From Cyanobacteriota bacterium (lineage in GTDB: Bacteria > Cyanobacteriota > Cyanobacteriia > Thermostichales > Thermostichaceae), in NCBI GenBank assembly GCA_033764955.1, contig JANRIL010000019.1, positions 64,001-128,000 on the forward strand: DNA of 64,000 nucleotides, read 5' to 3'. The position numbers and the translations under genes were made by a program. The notes under the pieces were generated by a model, which worked only from the letters and a program-made list of their open reading frames with translations, was not told where the DNA came from and did not search any database. Each line of letters starts with the position of its first letter. Within the stretch, counting starts at the first letter, position 1. Of the stretch, positions 9,770 to 19,188 are shown piece by piece.

Positions 9770-10615
9770 ATGAGTCAGGTTTTTCAAGAGCGACAAACCC
9801 GTCCTGAAAAGGGGTTAACCCAAGATGGGAAGCTGATCGAGTGGCATCTTTATCCGGGCAATCGATGTAATCGCGCCTGCTCCTTTTGCACCGTTTTGGG
9901 ATCCCCAACCGGCTGGTATCACCCCTACACGCCGGAACTGTTGGATCAAGCCCTGGCGGTGGTGGCTCAGACGCCGGAGGCTGCCCTCAAGTTTTATGGC
10001 GGGGAACCCACCCTGGATCATGAAAACGTTATCTGGGCGATTGGCTATTTACGCGCCCAGCACTTTCAGGGGGCAATTGTTATCTATTCCAACGGCATTC
10101 ACGCTCAGGAATTGTTAGCGATTTTGCAGGCCGATCCACTGGGGCGCACCACCGCTTCCCTCAACTATTCCATTACGACAGGGGATGGCGCTCCCCCTAT
10201 GCCGGCGGCGTCTTTGCGTCTTTTAGAGACTATAGAATTGGCAAATCCAAGACGAATTGCCATCGGACATCCCGATATTGTGGATGCGGGCAAAGGAGTA
10301 GAGGGGTTTGAGGGAAATCCTGAGCGTGCTCGTGACACCAGCCGATGTCCCCATTGCTATCCGGTCTTGACTACGCAGGGGATATTTCACGCCTGTCCAT
10401 TTGCCATTGAGCAGTCGGATCCCCATTTCTATTTGGGCAAAACTGGCGATCCGATCCCACAAATCACCAATAATTTTCGTCAGTTTTTCATCTGGCTAGA
10501 TACTGTGCATGAACCCTTTGCTCGGCAAACTCAGTTGCCCGCTTGCACGGTCTGTCAGCACCACCTGGGGAATTTACCCTTGCCTGAGTATAACCATACC
10601 GGCAATGCCCCCTGA
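9770..10615 (+). CDS. Radical SAM protein, unknown function
   Basis: CNRACSFC (CxxxCxxC), FYGGEPTL, YSNG; C-terminal CPHC...HACPF...CTVC. Confidence 0.88.
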   Translation: MSQVFQERQTRPEKGLTQDGKLIEWHLYPGNRCNRACSFCTVLGSPTGWYHPYTPELLDQALAVVAQTPEAALKFYGGEPTLDHENVIWAIGYLRAQHFQGAIVIYSNGIHAQELLAILQADPLGRTTASLNYSITTGDGAPPMPAASLRLLETIELANPRRIAIGHPDIVDAGKGVEGFEGNPERARDTSRCPHCYPVLTTQGIFHACPFAIEQSDPHFYLGKTGDPIPQITNNFRQFFIWLDTVHEPFARQTQLPACTVCQHHLGNLPLPEYNHTGNAP

Positions 10616-10661
10616 CACTATCATCAGACCACCGTCGTCAATTTGTTCGGTGTGGATAAGA

Positions 10662-11051
10662 TTAGCGGCGTCGCCAGCGCCGTCGTTGTCCCACCTGAAA
10701 GCGAACAATCTCAGCCTTATACTGTTCGTCACCCTGCATGTGCTGATAGACCTGAATGGCGGAAGTTCGCCCAGAGGTCAAAGCAGGCAGAGGTTGACCC
10801 GCCCCCTCTGTTTCAATAGCTACAAAAAACTTGAGGCGAGTCAACACCTCCAGCCGTGTCAGATGGTCAGCTTCCGCCGGCATAAGGGTGCCCAGAGAAA
10901 TTTGCAGACGGGGGAGAAAGGGTCCCCCTTTTTGTCGTTGCTGCCGCCATTGGGCTAGCCACTCCGACCAAGCCCGTTGATGAGAGGACTTGACCAAGAC
11001 CTTGAGGCCATTCAGAGGATTTAACCCGTAGGTCAACACCAACGTATACAT
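10662..11051 (-). CDS. Hypothetical protein (129 aa)
   Basis: ATG-started ORF filling the gap, with protein-like composition; no motif recognised. Confidence 0.55.
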   Translation of the reverse strand: MYTLVLTYGLNPLNGLKVLVKSSHQRAWSEWLAQWRQQRQKGGPFLPRLQISLGTLMPAEADHLTRLEVLTRLKFFVAIETEGAGQPLPALTSGRTSAIQVYQHMQGDEQYKAEIVRFQVGQRRRWRRR

Positions 11052-11219
11052 GCCGTTTAACTGTAGCTTTGGAAGAGATGGCTATCTGTTACTTTAGCAC
11101 TCCCTTCCTGAGCAACCGAGTCGGGATCCCCTCACCCGATCAACCTCCATTGGGAGGGCTGGCTGTAGAGAGTCGGTGCTATCTCATCACGTCCAGTTAT
11201 GTGCTTGCGCTACCTAAGT

Positions 11220-11999
11220 TTAGGGTTGAATGGGCTGACGCTCAACGGTATCCCCTTGGGGAGGAGGTTCCTCAGCGGGAGGGGCTTCGGGAGGGGGTGA
11301 GTCAGCAGGTTGCGGAGAGGGAGGCACTTCCGAAGAAGGAGAGACGGGATCCGGCAAGGGAGGCAGTTCGGGTAGAGGACTTTCACTACCGTTGGGCACC
11401 TCCTCTGGATCGGGGGTGGGCTGCACCAGCAACGCCTGCACCTGTGGCAACAATTCTTCGGAGACAAAGCTATCCTGTTCGATGCCATAGCGATCCACCA
11501 CCCAGCGATGGCGGGGCACCACCAAGATCAGGAGGGGAACTTCTAGCGCCACAAAAGTTTCGCTGCCCCGATAGACCCGCCCATCGATCACCACTCGTTC
11601 TAAGCCGGGATCCCCCTGAAAGGCTTGATCCACCTGAGCAAGCATGGCACTGGTCAGACGAGCTTCTAAATCTTCAAAGGTATCCCCCACCTGGATGGGA
11701 ACCCTCACCTGAAAGCGGTAATCATCGCAGCGATAGTCCCCACAAATCGAGACTAATTCCTCATTCACCCGATCCTCAACAGCGGGTTCGACACCAAACA
11801 GAGGTCCCGTCAATTCGACCGGCACCTCCTGGGCTGAAGCCAAACCCATCGTGCCACCACTCAGAACGAGGATTCCCCCCAGCAGATAGCGATGGAGGCT
11901 GCCGATACGTTGAGCAACAGCTTGCCGATAAGCAGTCTGCAAGAGTTTTCCCACCAGTGAGGGAGATAGAGGATTGGGACGGTTGGGTAACAGATTCAT
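11220..11999 (-). CDS. Hypothetical exported protein with Pro/Glu-rich C-terminal tail
   Basis: Hydrophobic segment ending ASA-QE (signal-peptide-like); acidic core; PEEVPNGSESPLPELPPLPDP tail. Start uncertain. Confidence 0.7.
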   Translation of the reverse strand: MNLLPNRPNPLSPSLVGKLLQTAYRQAVAQRIGSLHRYLLGGILVLSGGTMGLASAQEVPVELTGPLFGVEPAVEDRVNEELVSICGDYRCDDYRFQVRVPIQVGDTFEDLEARLTSAMLAQVDQAFQGDPGLERVVIDGRVYRGSETFVALEVPLLILVVPRHRWVVDRYGIEQDSFVSEELLPQVQALLVQPTPDPEEVPNGSESPLPELPPLPDPVSPSSEVPPSPQPADSPPPEAPPAEEPPPQGDTVERQPIQP

Positions 12000-12125
12000 G
12001 ACGGTTTGGATACCCCAGCATTTTCCTATCGCCAAATCTATCCGACAACCTTCCGTCAGGCACTAGGTAAGCCGAATAAAATCGGGGCAAGGATAGAGAA
12101 AAAGCCAAGGATTCCCACCCACCCC

Positions 12126-12773
12126 TCAGGCACAACGGGGATCCCTTGGGTCAACAGACAGCAGAGGATAGGGTTCTCCCGAAAAGTCTGTGGGGATATT
12201 CTGCATGAAAAGCAGAGTAGAGTGCGGGGAGAGAGCTGCCTGCAGGCAAAGCACATCAGCGGGGTGAAGCTCGTCGATGCTCATTCCTGGCAAAACAATC
12301 AAGGAAAACTGGCTGCTCAGCAGCAACATTAAGGTACTTTGCAGGGCAAGACGGGTTGTATCGGGTTCAATCAACCAGTTTCGTCCGGAGCGGCTTAGCA
12401 ATTTCCAACGGCTAGTGCTGAATTGTTGAGTTTGATCAATCACCGCACAACGTCCATACCAGCGGTTAATCGAGGCAATCAGATGATATAAAATCTCGGA
12501 TTGGCGAGTGGAGGAGGGGGCAACCCAATCACAGATTTTGCCCAGGGGAAGATCCTGCCAGTTGAGGCTGAGCAAACTGGGGTTGAGTTCGATATAGTCT
12601 AAAACCAGTTGTGGACTCGACTCTGGCACGCTGGGGGGAGAGGCGGAAAGGGAAGGGGATCCGTGGTCACCCCTCAACAATTGGGAGCAATAATCCCAAA
12701 TAGCTTGTCCCACCCTCAGCAGAGAAGGGCTAACCGGAGCCGAAAAACGAGAGGGATCAGAGCAGTCAGTCAT
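12126..12773 (-). CDS. Degenerate RecA-fold protein (ImuA/SulA-like, inactive P-loop)
   Basis: LPLGKICDWVAPSSTRQSEILYHLIAS / CAVIDQTQQF / LIEPDTTRLALQSTLMLLLSSQFSLIVL align in order with RecA core motifs. Confidence 0.6.
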   Translation of the reverse strand: MTDCSDPSRFSAPVSPSLLRVGQAIWDYCSQLLRGDHGSPSLSASPPSVPESSPQLVLDYIELNPSLLSLNWQDLPLGKICDWVAPSSTRQSEILYHLIASINRWYGRCAVIDQTQQFSTSRWKLLSRSGRNWLIEPDTTRLALQSTLMLLLSSQFSLIVLPGMSIDELHPADVLCLQAALSPHSTLLFMQNIPTDFSGEPYPLLSVDPRDPRCA

Positions 12774-13222
12774 AAGTTCAGCGATAGTTCAGCAATAGGT
12801 AAATGATGTAAATAGCCAAGACCTTGACACCCCAGTGGCACTCATGGGGAAACTCGTCCCCTAAAACCTCTATTTTTCTGATGAATTAGGCTATTGATTA
12901 GCCTAAAACGTGGCCTAACGCCGGATAGCCAAACCCCACGAAAATTTACGCGGATTCCGAGGCAAAACCTCACTCAAGGGATCCCTGAAGAAGTTACCCA
13001 AAAATTCCTCCCTAATGAGTGAGTACAGGGAAGCGGCTTCCTCTAAAAGGAATGGCGGCTACTGAACGCTTCAAGAGGGATCCTAATCATTTTGGCGGCT
13101 TCTCAACAAGGATCCCCTGCACACTGTCGAAAGAGCAAAGGTAGGATAAGAAAAGCTCTTTCATGCCGTTAGCGTGAGGGAGGCGCTGCCTTTCGGACGA
13201 TTAGTCTCCTCAAGCTGGTTTT

Positions 13223-14977
13223 ATGCCCCAGTTGGCACTCTCTCACCTCACTGCCCTCCAACCGGAACCGATCTTTTTTACGCAAGATCGTCAGGGTCGG
13301 TTTTGGACATTTCATTGGGAGGAGGCGGAAAAATACGGGATCCACCCCCAGCAGATCTTATCCGGGCAAGAAAGTTGGGAGGTGAGCGATGGAAACCGCT
13401 ACAGCGCCCAAATGCAACAGGTTTTTGAAGGGAAACAGCCTCTGCATCTGGAGTGTCAGGTTCAGTCATTTCGCTATAAATTGCACTTATTGTTGGCTCT
13501 TAGCCCCATTCTGGGATCCAGTGGGGAGGTAATAGCGGTGGCGGCGGTCGGACAACTGCTGGGCGCTACCCCCCTCGGCTCTACCTTTCGCACCACGCAA
13601 CCACCGACTCCCATCACCCCCTTACCCGCCGACTCCTATCAGGGCATTACCAATCAACTGATGCGATCGATTCGCCACACCCTCGATATCCGCCAACTGT
13701 TGCAACAAACCGTCGATCAACTGGGACAACTGATCGGAGCCAGTCGCTGTGTGATGGGGCTTTATGATTTGGGCAGTGATTCCTTGACGGTGGCGGCAGA
13801 ATACCTTAGCCAGCCCGATTATCCCTCCTTGCTCAACCAAGTCCTGCTCCTGGCGGATTACCCCCATTTTTTACAAGCCCTCAAGCAAGAGGAACCAATT
13901 AACACGGGGCAGAGTTTGGTCTTGGCGATTTCCTATCGGGGTTACGCCAACAGCATTCTTTGCCTGGATATGTTGGAGAAACAGGCACAACCCTACTGGC
14001 AATCGGGGCATATGCAGGTGCTGCAAAGCATTTCTACGTATCTAGGGACGGCGATTGCTCATGCCATTCTTCTTGATCAAAGCCGCCAACTGGCCACCCG
14101 CCTACAACTGGCTAACCACACCCTCCGGCAAAAAAACAAAGAACTGGAGCAGGCGCGTTCGCAGGCGGAGTCCGCCAACCGTCTGAAAAGCCAATTTCTT
14201 GCCAATACCTCCCACGAGTTGCGGACTCCCCTCAACGGCATGATTGGCTTCCTCAAGCTGGTTTTGGATGGCATGGCGGAGGATCCCCAAGAGGAGCGGG
14301 AATTTTTGCAGGAAGCCTACCGCTCGGCACTCCATCTCTTAGCTCTGATCAACGATGTTTTGGATATTGCCAAAATTGAGGCGGGCAAGATGCAATTGGA
14401 GTTGCTGCCCTGCGATTTGAAAACTCTTTTTGAGGATGTGGAAAGTAAAACCCGTCTGCAAGCCCAGCAAAAAGGGCTAACCCTCTCCTTTCATCTGCCT
14501 TCCACCGTCGATCAAATTTTGTTGTTAGGGGATTATCAACGCCTCTTACAGGTGCTCCTCAATTTGGTGGGTAATGCCATTAAATTTACCCCCACGGGCA
14601 GTGTCACGGTCAAAGCCGATATTGTTCCTGGCAAACCCTATCGTGTCAAGATTCGCGTGGCTGACACGGGCATCGGGGTGTCTCTGGAAAAGCAGCAACG
14701 TCTGTTTCAGGCTTTTAGCCAGGTGGATGGTTCCACGACCCGTCAGTATGGTGGCACAGGCTTGGGACTGGCGATCAGTCAACGGCTGGTGGAGGCGATG
14801 GACGGTGAAATGAATTTTTATAGCTTGGGAGAAGGACTGGGATCCACGGTTACCTTTTCGGTTCCCCTCTACCGCAAACCCTTGATCAGCCTCAATGAAG
14901 AGGGGGATCCCCACGAGCACGGATCCGCTTTATCTGTGGCGACTGTGCCCAGCCGTGAATCCCCTCAGGAAGGGTAA
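13223..14977 (+). CDS. PAS-like/GAF sensor histidine kinase
   Basis: GAF ([27 protein letters not shown]); [36 protein letters not shown]. Confidence 0.92.
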   Translation: MPQLALSHLTALQPEPIFFTQDRQGRFWTFHWEEAEKYGIHPQQILSGQESWEVSDGNRYSAQMQQVFEGKQPLHLECQVQSFRYKLHLLLALSPILGSSGEVIAVAAVGQLLGATPLGSTFRTTQPPTPITPLPADSYQGITNQLMRSIRHTLDIRQLLQQTVDQLGQLIGASRCVMGLYDLGSDSLTVAAEYLSQPDYPSLLNQVLLLADYPHFLQALKQEEPINTGQSLVLAISYRGYANSILCLDMLEKQAQPYWQSGHMQVLQSISTYLGTAIAHAILLDQSRQLATRLQLANHTLRQKNKELEQARSQAESANRLKSQFLANTSHELRTPLNGMIGFLKLVLDGMAEDPQEEREFLQEAYRSALHLLALINDVLDIAKIEAGKMQLELLPCDLKTLFEDVESKTRLQAQQKGLTLSFHLPSTVDQILLLGDYQRLLQVLLNLVGNAIKFTPTGSVTVKADIVPGKPYRVKIRVADTGIGVSLEKQQRLFQAFSQVDGSTTRQYGGTGLGLAISQRLVEAMDGEMNFYSLGEGLGSTVTFSVPLYRKPLISLNEEGDPHEHGSALSVATVPSRESPQEG

Positions 14978-14980
14978 GCG

Positions 14981-15862
14981 ATGCCCTATCCCCGCCAACG
15001 GTTTGCCCAGCACTGGTTGAAGGATGCCCGTGTCCATCAGGCTATCGTGCAGGCGGCCAGACTGGCGGAAGCGGGGGATCCCGCTCAGACCACGGTTTTA
15101 GAAATTGGCCCTGGTACCGGACAACTGACCCGCCGCCTTCTCCAGATGGGAGTCCAAGTGATAGCGGTAGAAATTGACCGCGATCTCTGTCGATTACTGC
15201 ATAAACAGTTTGCCGATCAGCCCCGCTTTCAGTTGATCGAGGGGGACTTTTTGCAGATGCCGTTGCCCACCGCCGCCAGTTTTGTAGTAGCTAACATCCC
15301 CTACAACATCACTAGCCCCATTCTGGAAAAAATTCTGGGATCCCCTGCCCACCCCATCCATCAGTTTGAGCGGATTGTCTTGTTGGTACAGCAGGAGTTA
15401 GCCCAACGGTTGACCGCTTCCGTTGGCAGCAAAGCCTATGGAGCTATGAGCTTACGGATGCAGTACTTGGCCGACTGCCAGCTTATCCAAACGGTTCCGG
15501 CTCGTGCTTTTAAGCCGCCCCCTAAGGTGGAATCTGCCATCATCAGTCTGGCTCCCCGCCCGCCCGCCCCGCCCGCCCTGGATCCGGCTTGGTTAGAAAC
15601 TTTGTTGCAACAGGGCTTTGCCATGCGGCGAAAAATGCTGCTCAACACTCTACAAAGTTTGCTACCCAAATCACAGCTCGCTCCGGTTTTTGCCGGCCTG
15701 TCCATTGAGGCAACCGTGCGCGCCGAGCAACTCACCCTTGCCCAATGGATTGAGCTAAGCGATCGGCTCCTCCCTCTCCGGCAAGCCTTTCTGCACTCGG
15801 CATCCCAACCAGAACCACCCCAGCCCACAGAGGAGATCGGACTGGCTGTTGAATCTGGTTAG
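14981..15862 (+). CDS. rsmA: 16S rRNA m6(2)A dimethyltransferase
   Basis: RFAQHWL, LEIGPGTGQLT, VVANIPYNITSPIL, FKPPPKVES. Confidence 0.96.
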   Translation: MPYPRQRFAQHWLKDARVHQAIVQAARLAEAGDPAQTTVLEIGPGTGQLTRRLLQMGVQVIAVEIDRDLCRLLHKQFADQPRFQLIEGDFLQMPLPTAASFVVANIPYNITSPILEKILGSPAHPIHQFERIVLLVQQELAQRLTASVGSKAYGAMSLRMQYLADCQLIQTVPARAFKPPPKVESAIISLAPRPPAPPALDPAWLETLLQQGFAMRRKMLLNTLQSLLPKSQLAPVFAGLSIEATVRAEQLTLAQWIELSDRLLPLRQAFLHSASQPEPPQPTEEIGLAVESG

Positions 15863-15972
15863 GGTAGCAAGGAAGATGAGGTGGGCTTTTTATCAAGAAT
15901 CTATTCACAAAAGTCAACCCACAATCGAATCTAGACGACTAAAATAATGGCAATTGTCCTTGCCATTGTTCT

Positions 15973-18900
15973 ATGAACGAAAATTTGATTGACCAGATGA
16001 TTGGCAATCGCTACCGCTTGGTTCGTTCGCTAAATGCAGGGGGCATGGGGCAAGTTTTTGAGGCGGTTGACACCAATCTCTTTGATCGACGCATTGCCGT
16101 TAAAATTCTCCACCAAAGCTTAACCGGTAACGAAAACCTGCGCCGTCGCTTTCAAGCGGAAGCTCGTATCAGCGCCCTTTTGGGAGAACACCCTCTGATC
16201 GTGCGGGTGATGGACTATGGCTTGCACTACGATCAGCCCTACATTGTGATGGAGTATCTGGGATCCCCTCCCTTCGCTGGAGAACCCCTCAGCGACATCC
16301 TGCGCCAAGAACCGATGGACGTAAAGCGGATGGTGCGCTTAGGGCGGCAGATTGCGGCGGCTCTGCAATATGCTCATTCCTTTGAAGCCAATCAGGGGGA
16401 TTTCAAAATTACGGGCGTGATTCACCGCGACATCAAACCCAGCAACATTTTTGTGATCCGCGATCAAACTATTGGCGAATCTATTAAGTTATTAGATTTT
16501 GGCATTGCCAAAACGGTGGCGGATGTCTCGATGGCACTGGGAACCCAGTTGGGGTTTGTCGGTACACCCAGCCACGCCTCCCCTGAACAATTGCGCGGAG
16601 AACCCATTGATTTTCGCTCCGATATTTATTCCTTGGGGATTGTCTTTTATCAGATGTTGTCGGGGCAATTGCCCTTAGTGCCCAAAACCGAGTCCTTCCC
16701 CGCTTGGTATGAGGCTCATAACTATCAGCAACCTCGCCCGATTGAACGCAGTGACGTGTCCCCCGCCCTAGCCGCCGTGATCATGTCCTGCTTGGAAAAG
16801 GAGCCGGATCGTCGTCCCGCCAGTGCTGAGGTGCTGCGGGAACAACTGAAAAATGTTTTTCAAACCACCCTGGCGACCCCAACCCCTCCTGCCACCAACG
16901 ACCGCTCGGTCTCACCCCGTCCCGGCGAACTCAGTCCCGAATTACTACGGCTGGTTCGCCCCATTGAGGTAGCGATGACCGATTTTAATGCTTCCGCTCA
17001 ATTCCGTCTGCGCGGGCGGGAACTGCATATTTTGCTGGAATATCCCGCCACCCTCTCCCTAAATCGGCAGGCCATTCTCCAAACCATCTCCACCCTTTTA
17101 TTGACCCAGCCCCAATCTTCTCTGGATCAAGTGGTTATGTATGGGCGGGTGGTCAAACGTCCGACTCCAGAGTGGCAGGAAACCCTGCGACTGGCGGATT
17201 TATCCCAGTTGGTGACGGCTCCCTTGGTGCCTGAGCAACCGGAGGCTCTCTTCCCGCCAGATCCCGCCGAACTTAGCCCCGATTTCTTTGCCGATCTGGA
17301 GCCGGGTCGGGGTAGTGCTACCGAGGACAAACCGGAAACGGCGCTCCTTGCCCCAAAACTCACGGATCCCCTAGCCCCTAACTCCCCCATCAGCCCAGAA
17401 CCAAGTCTCGTTCCTACCGATTTGGCGGCTGCACCCCTCGACACTCCCACTCCAGCCAGCCCCAAGGATCCCCACGCCAATAGCGATCCTACCTATGCCA
17501 AACCAGAGGTAGATCGCCAACACCTGACCCTCGATCTGGTGGATAAACCCTCTCAGATCTTGGGGAACGAACGCAGCACCACTCAGTTTAGCCGTCTGCA
17601 ACGGCGCGCCTTTCTGGCCTCTTTTCCCAGTTTGCAAGATCGCATGATCCAGGTGCGATCCTGGAGCCTGGAACCCCTCGATTCTTTTAACCTCCTCCAT
17701 CTGGAAATTGAACTCAAAAAGAGCATTATTGAAATCGATCCGGGGGCGATGGTGGCCTATCAGCAGGGAATGAGTTTCCTACAATCCCAAGATTGGGATC
17801 CGGCCATCGCCCAGTTTGACCTCGCCCTGCAACGGGATCCCTCTCTGGCGGAAATTCGGGTTTATCTGGGGTTTATCGCTCTCCAAAAACAGGATTTAGC
17901 CACTGCCATTCAACAGTTTCAAACCGCTCTAGAAAAGGATCCCTCCCTAGCCGAAGCCTCCTTGGGTCTGGGGATGATTTTTATGCAACGGCGAGAACTG
18001 GATGAGGCGATTGCCGCCTTTCAGGGCGCTCTGCAACATAAACCCGCTCTCACGCAAATCTTTACTTATCTATTGAAAGCGCTGGTGCAAAAGGGCTATC
18101 TCAAGGAAGCCATTCAACAATATCTGGAGGCGTTGCAACATACCCCTCAACTGATCACATTGCGGCGGCAAATGGCAGAAATTATTCTACTTCACTCCAG
18201 CTATTTGATTCAAAATGATGATATTTCCGATGCTATTTTTTATCTCAAAAAAGCTACTTCTTTTCACAGTGAAGATCCGATTCTGCATGGCTATTTGGGC
18301 TTAGCCCTCATGTCGAGCAAAAATAAAAGTGATTGGCAGGATGCGGCTACCGAATTTCGCATTGCCATTCGCCTAGACCCCAACCTATTGGAAGCCCATA
18401 TTGGTATGGGCATCACCCTCAGTCGCTTGGGGAACCAACGGGGAGCCATCAATGCCTACACCACAGCCCTCAACCTTAAGCCCCACCATACCCCCACCCA
18501 TTACAACTTAGGCATCGCCCTCTTTAAGCAAGGGGAATTGAAGGAGGCGATTGCTTCCTTTGAAAAGACCTTGCAGCTTGAACCCAGCTTTGCGGAGGGC
18601 TATATCACATTGGGATTGGCGAAGTTACAAGCCGGGGATCCCCAAGCCGCCATTCCATTGTTTGAAACCGCTCTCAATCTAGAGGATGCCGATTTAGCCG
18701 AAGCCCACTGTGGGATTGGTCATGCCCTAGCCTTGCAGGGAGAACTATCGGCGGCCATCAAGCGTTACCACACCGCCCTCGATTTATTCCCGATGCTGGC
18801 GGGTGCTCATGCCGGAATCGGTCTGGTCTATCTCGAACAGCAGCGCCAAATGCATTCCCAAGATGTGGAGGCGGCGCGAGCCAAGTTGGAAATGGCCTTG

Positions 18901-19176
18901 CGTTTGGATGCCAGTTGCTCAGATGCTCACTATGGTCTAGGGGAAATTGAACGGCAACGGCAAAGTTATGGTCTAGCGGTGAAGCACTACGAAGCGGCTC
19001 TTTATGCCAACCGCAGCTATACAGTTGCTCACTACAAATTAGCGCTGGTTTTGGCAGAACAAGGGAAAAGTAATGAGGCGATTTCTGAACTCCGCATCAC
19101 CCTAGAGATCAATCCCAATTTTCTGCCTGCTCAACAGGTGTTGAAACAGATGCTGGGGGAGCGGCGGTCAGGCTAA
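15973..19176 (+). CDS. Ser/Thr protein kinase with Pro-rich linker and many TPR repeats
   Basis: GGMGQVF, VAVK-like IAVK, IHRDIKPSN, DFGIAK; many TPR units in the C-terminal half. Confidence 0.93.
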   Translation: MNENLIDQMIGNRYRLVRSLNAGGMGQVFEAVDTNLFDRRIAVKILHQSLTGNENLRRRFQAEARISALLGEHPLIVRVMDYGLHYDQPYIVMEYLGSPPFAGEPLSDILRQEPMDVKRMVRLGRQIAAALQYAHSFEANQGDFKITGVIHRDIKPSNIFVIRDQTIGESIKLLDFGIAKTVADVSMALGTQLGFVGTPSHASPEQLRGEPIDFRSDIYSLGIVFYQMLSGQLPLVPKTESFPAWYEAHNYQQPRPIERSDVSPALAAVIMSCLEKEPDRRPASAEVLREQLKNVFQTTLATPTPPATNDRSVSPRPGELSPELLRLVRPIEVAMTDFNASAQFRLRGRELHILLEYPATLSLNRQAILQTISTLLLTQPQSSLDQVVMYGRVVKRPTPEWQETLRLADLSQLVTAPLVPEQPEALFPPDPAELSPDFFADLEPGRGSATEDKPETALLAPKLTDPLAPNSPISPEPSLVPTDLAAAPLDTPTPASPKDPHANSDPTYAKPEVDRQHLTLDLVDKPSQILGNERSTTQFSRLQRRAFLASFPSLQDRMIQVRSWSLEPLDSFNLLHLEIELKKSIIEIDPGAMVAYQQGMSFLQSQDWDPAIAQFDLALQRDPSLAEIRVYLGFIALQKQDLATAIQQFQTALEKDPSLAEASLGLGMIFMQRRELDEAIAAFQGALQHKPALTQIFTYLLKALVQKGYLKEAIQQYLEALQHTPQLITLRRQMAEIILLHSSYLIQNDDISDAIFYLKKATSFHSEDPILHGYLGLALMSSKNKSDWQDAATEFRIAIRLDPNLLEAHIGMGITLSRLGNQRGAINAYTTALNLKPHHTPTHYNLGIALFKQGELKEAIASFEKTLQLEPSFAEGYITLGLAKLQAGDPQAAIPLFETALNLEDADLAEAHCGIGHALALQGELSAAIKRYHTALDLFPMLAGAHAGIGLVYLEQQRQMHSQDVEAARAKLEMALRLDASCSDAHYGLGEIERQRQSYGLAVKHYEAALYANRSYTVAHYKLALVLAEQGKSNEAISELRITLEINPNFLPAQQVLKQMLGERRSG

Positions 19177-19188
19177 GTCAGCCAACAG

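Noticed and set aside
11069..12001. 310-aa plus-strand ORF
   Set aside because: Antisense shadow of the Pro-rich minus-strand gene, with low-complexity Pro/Arg translation.
12913..12919. GCCTAAC inverse-core match
   Set aside because: No downstream hairpin ending in GTTRRRY; a chance 7-mer.
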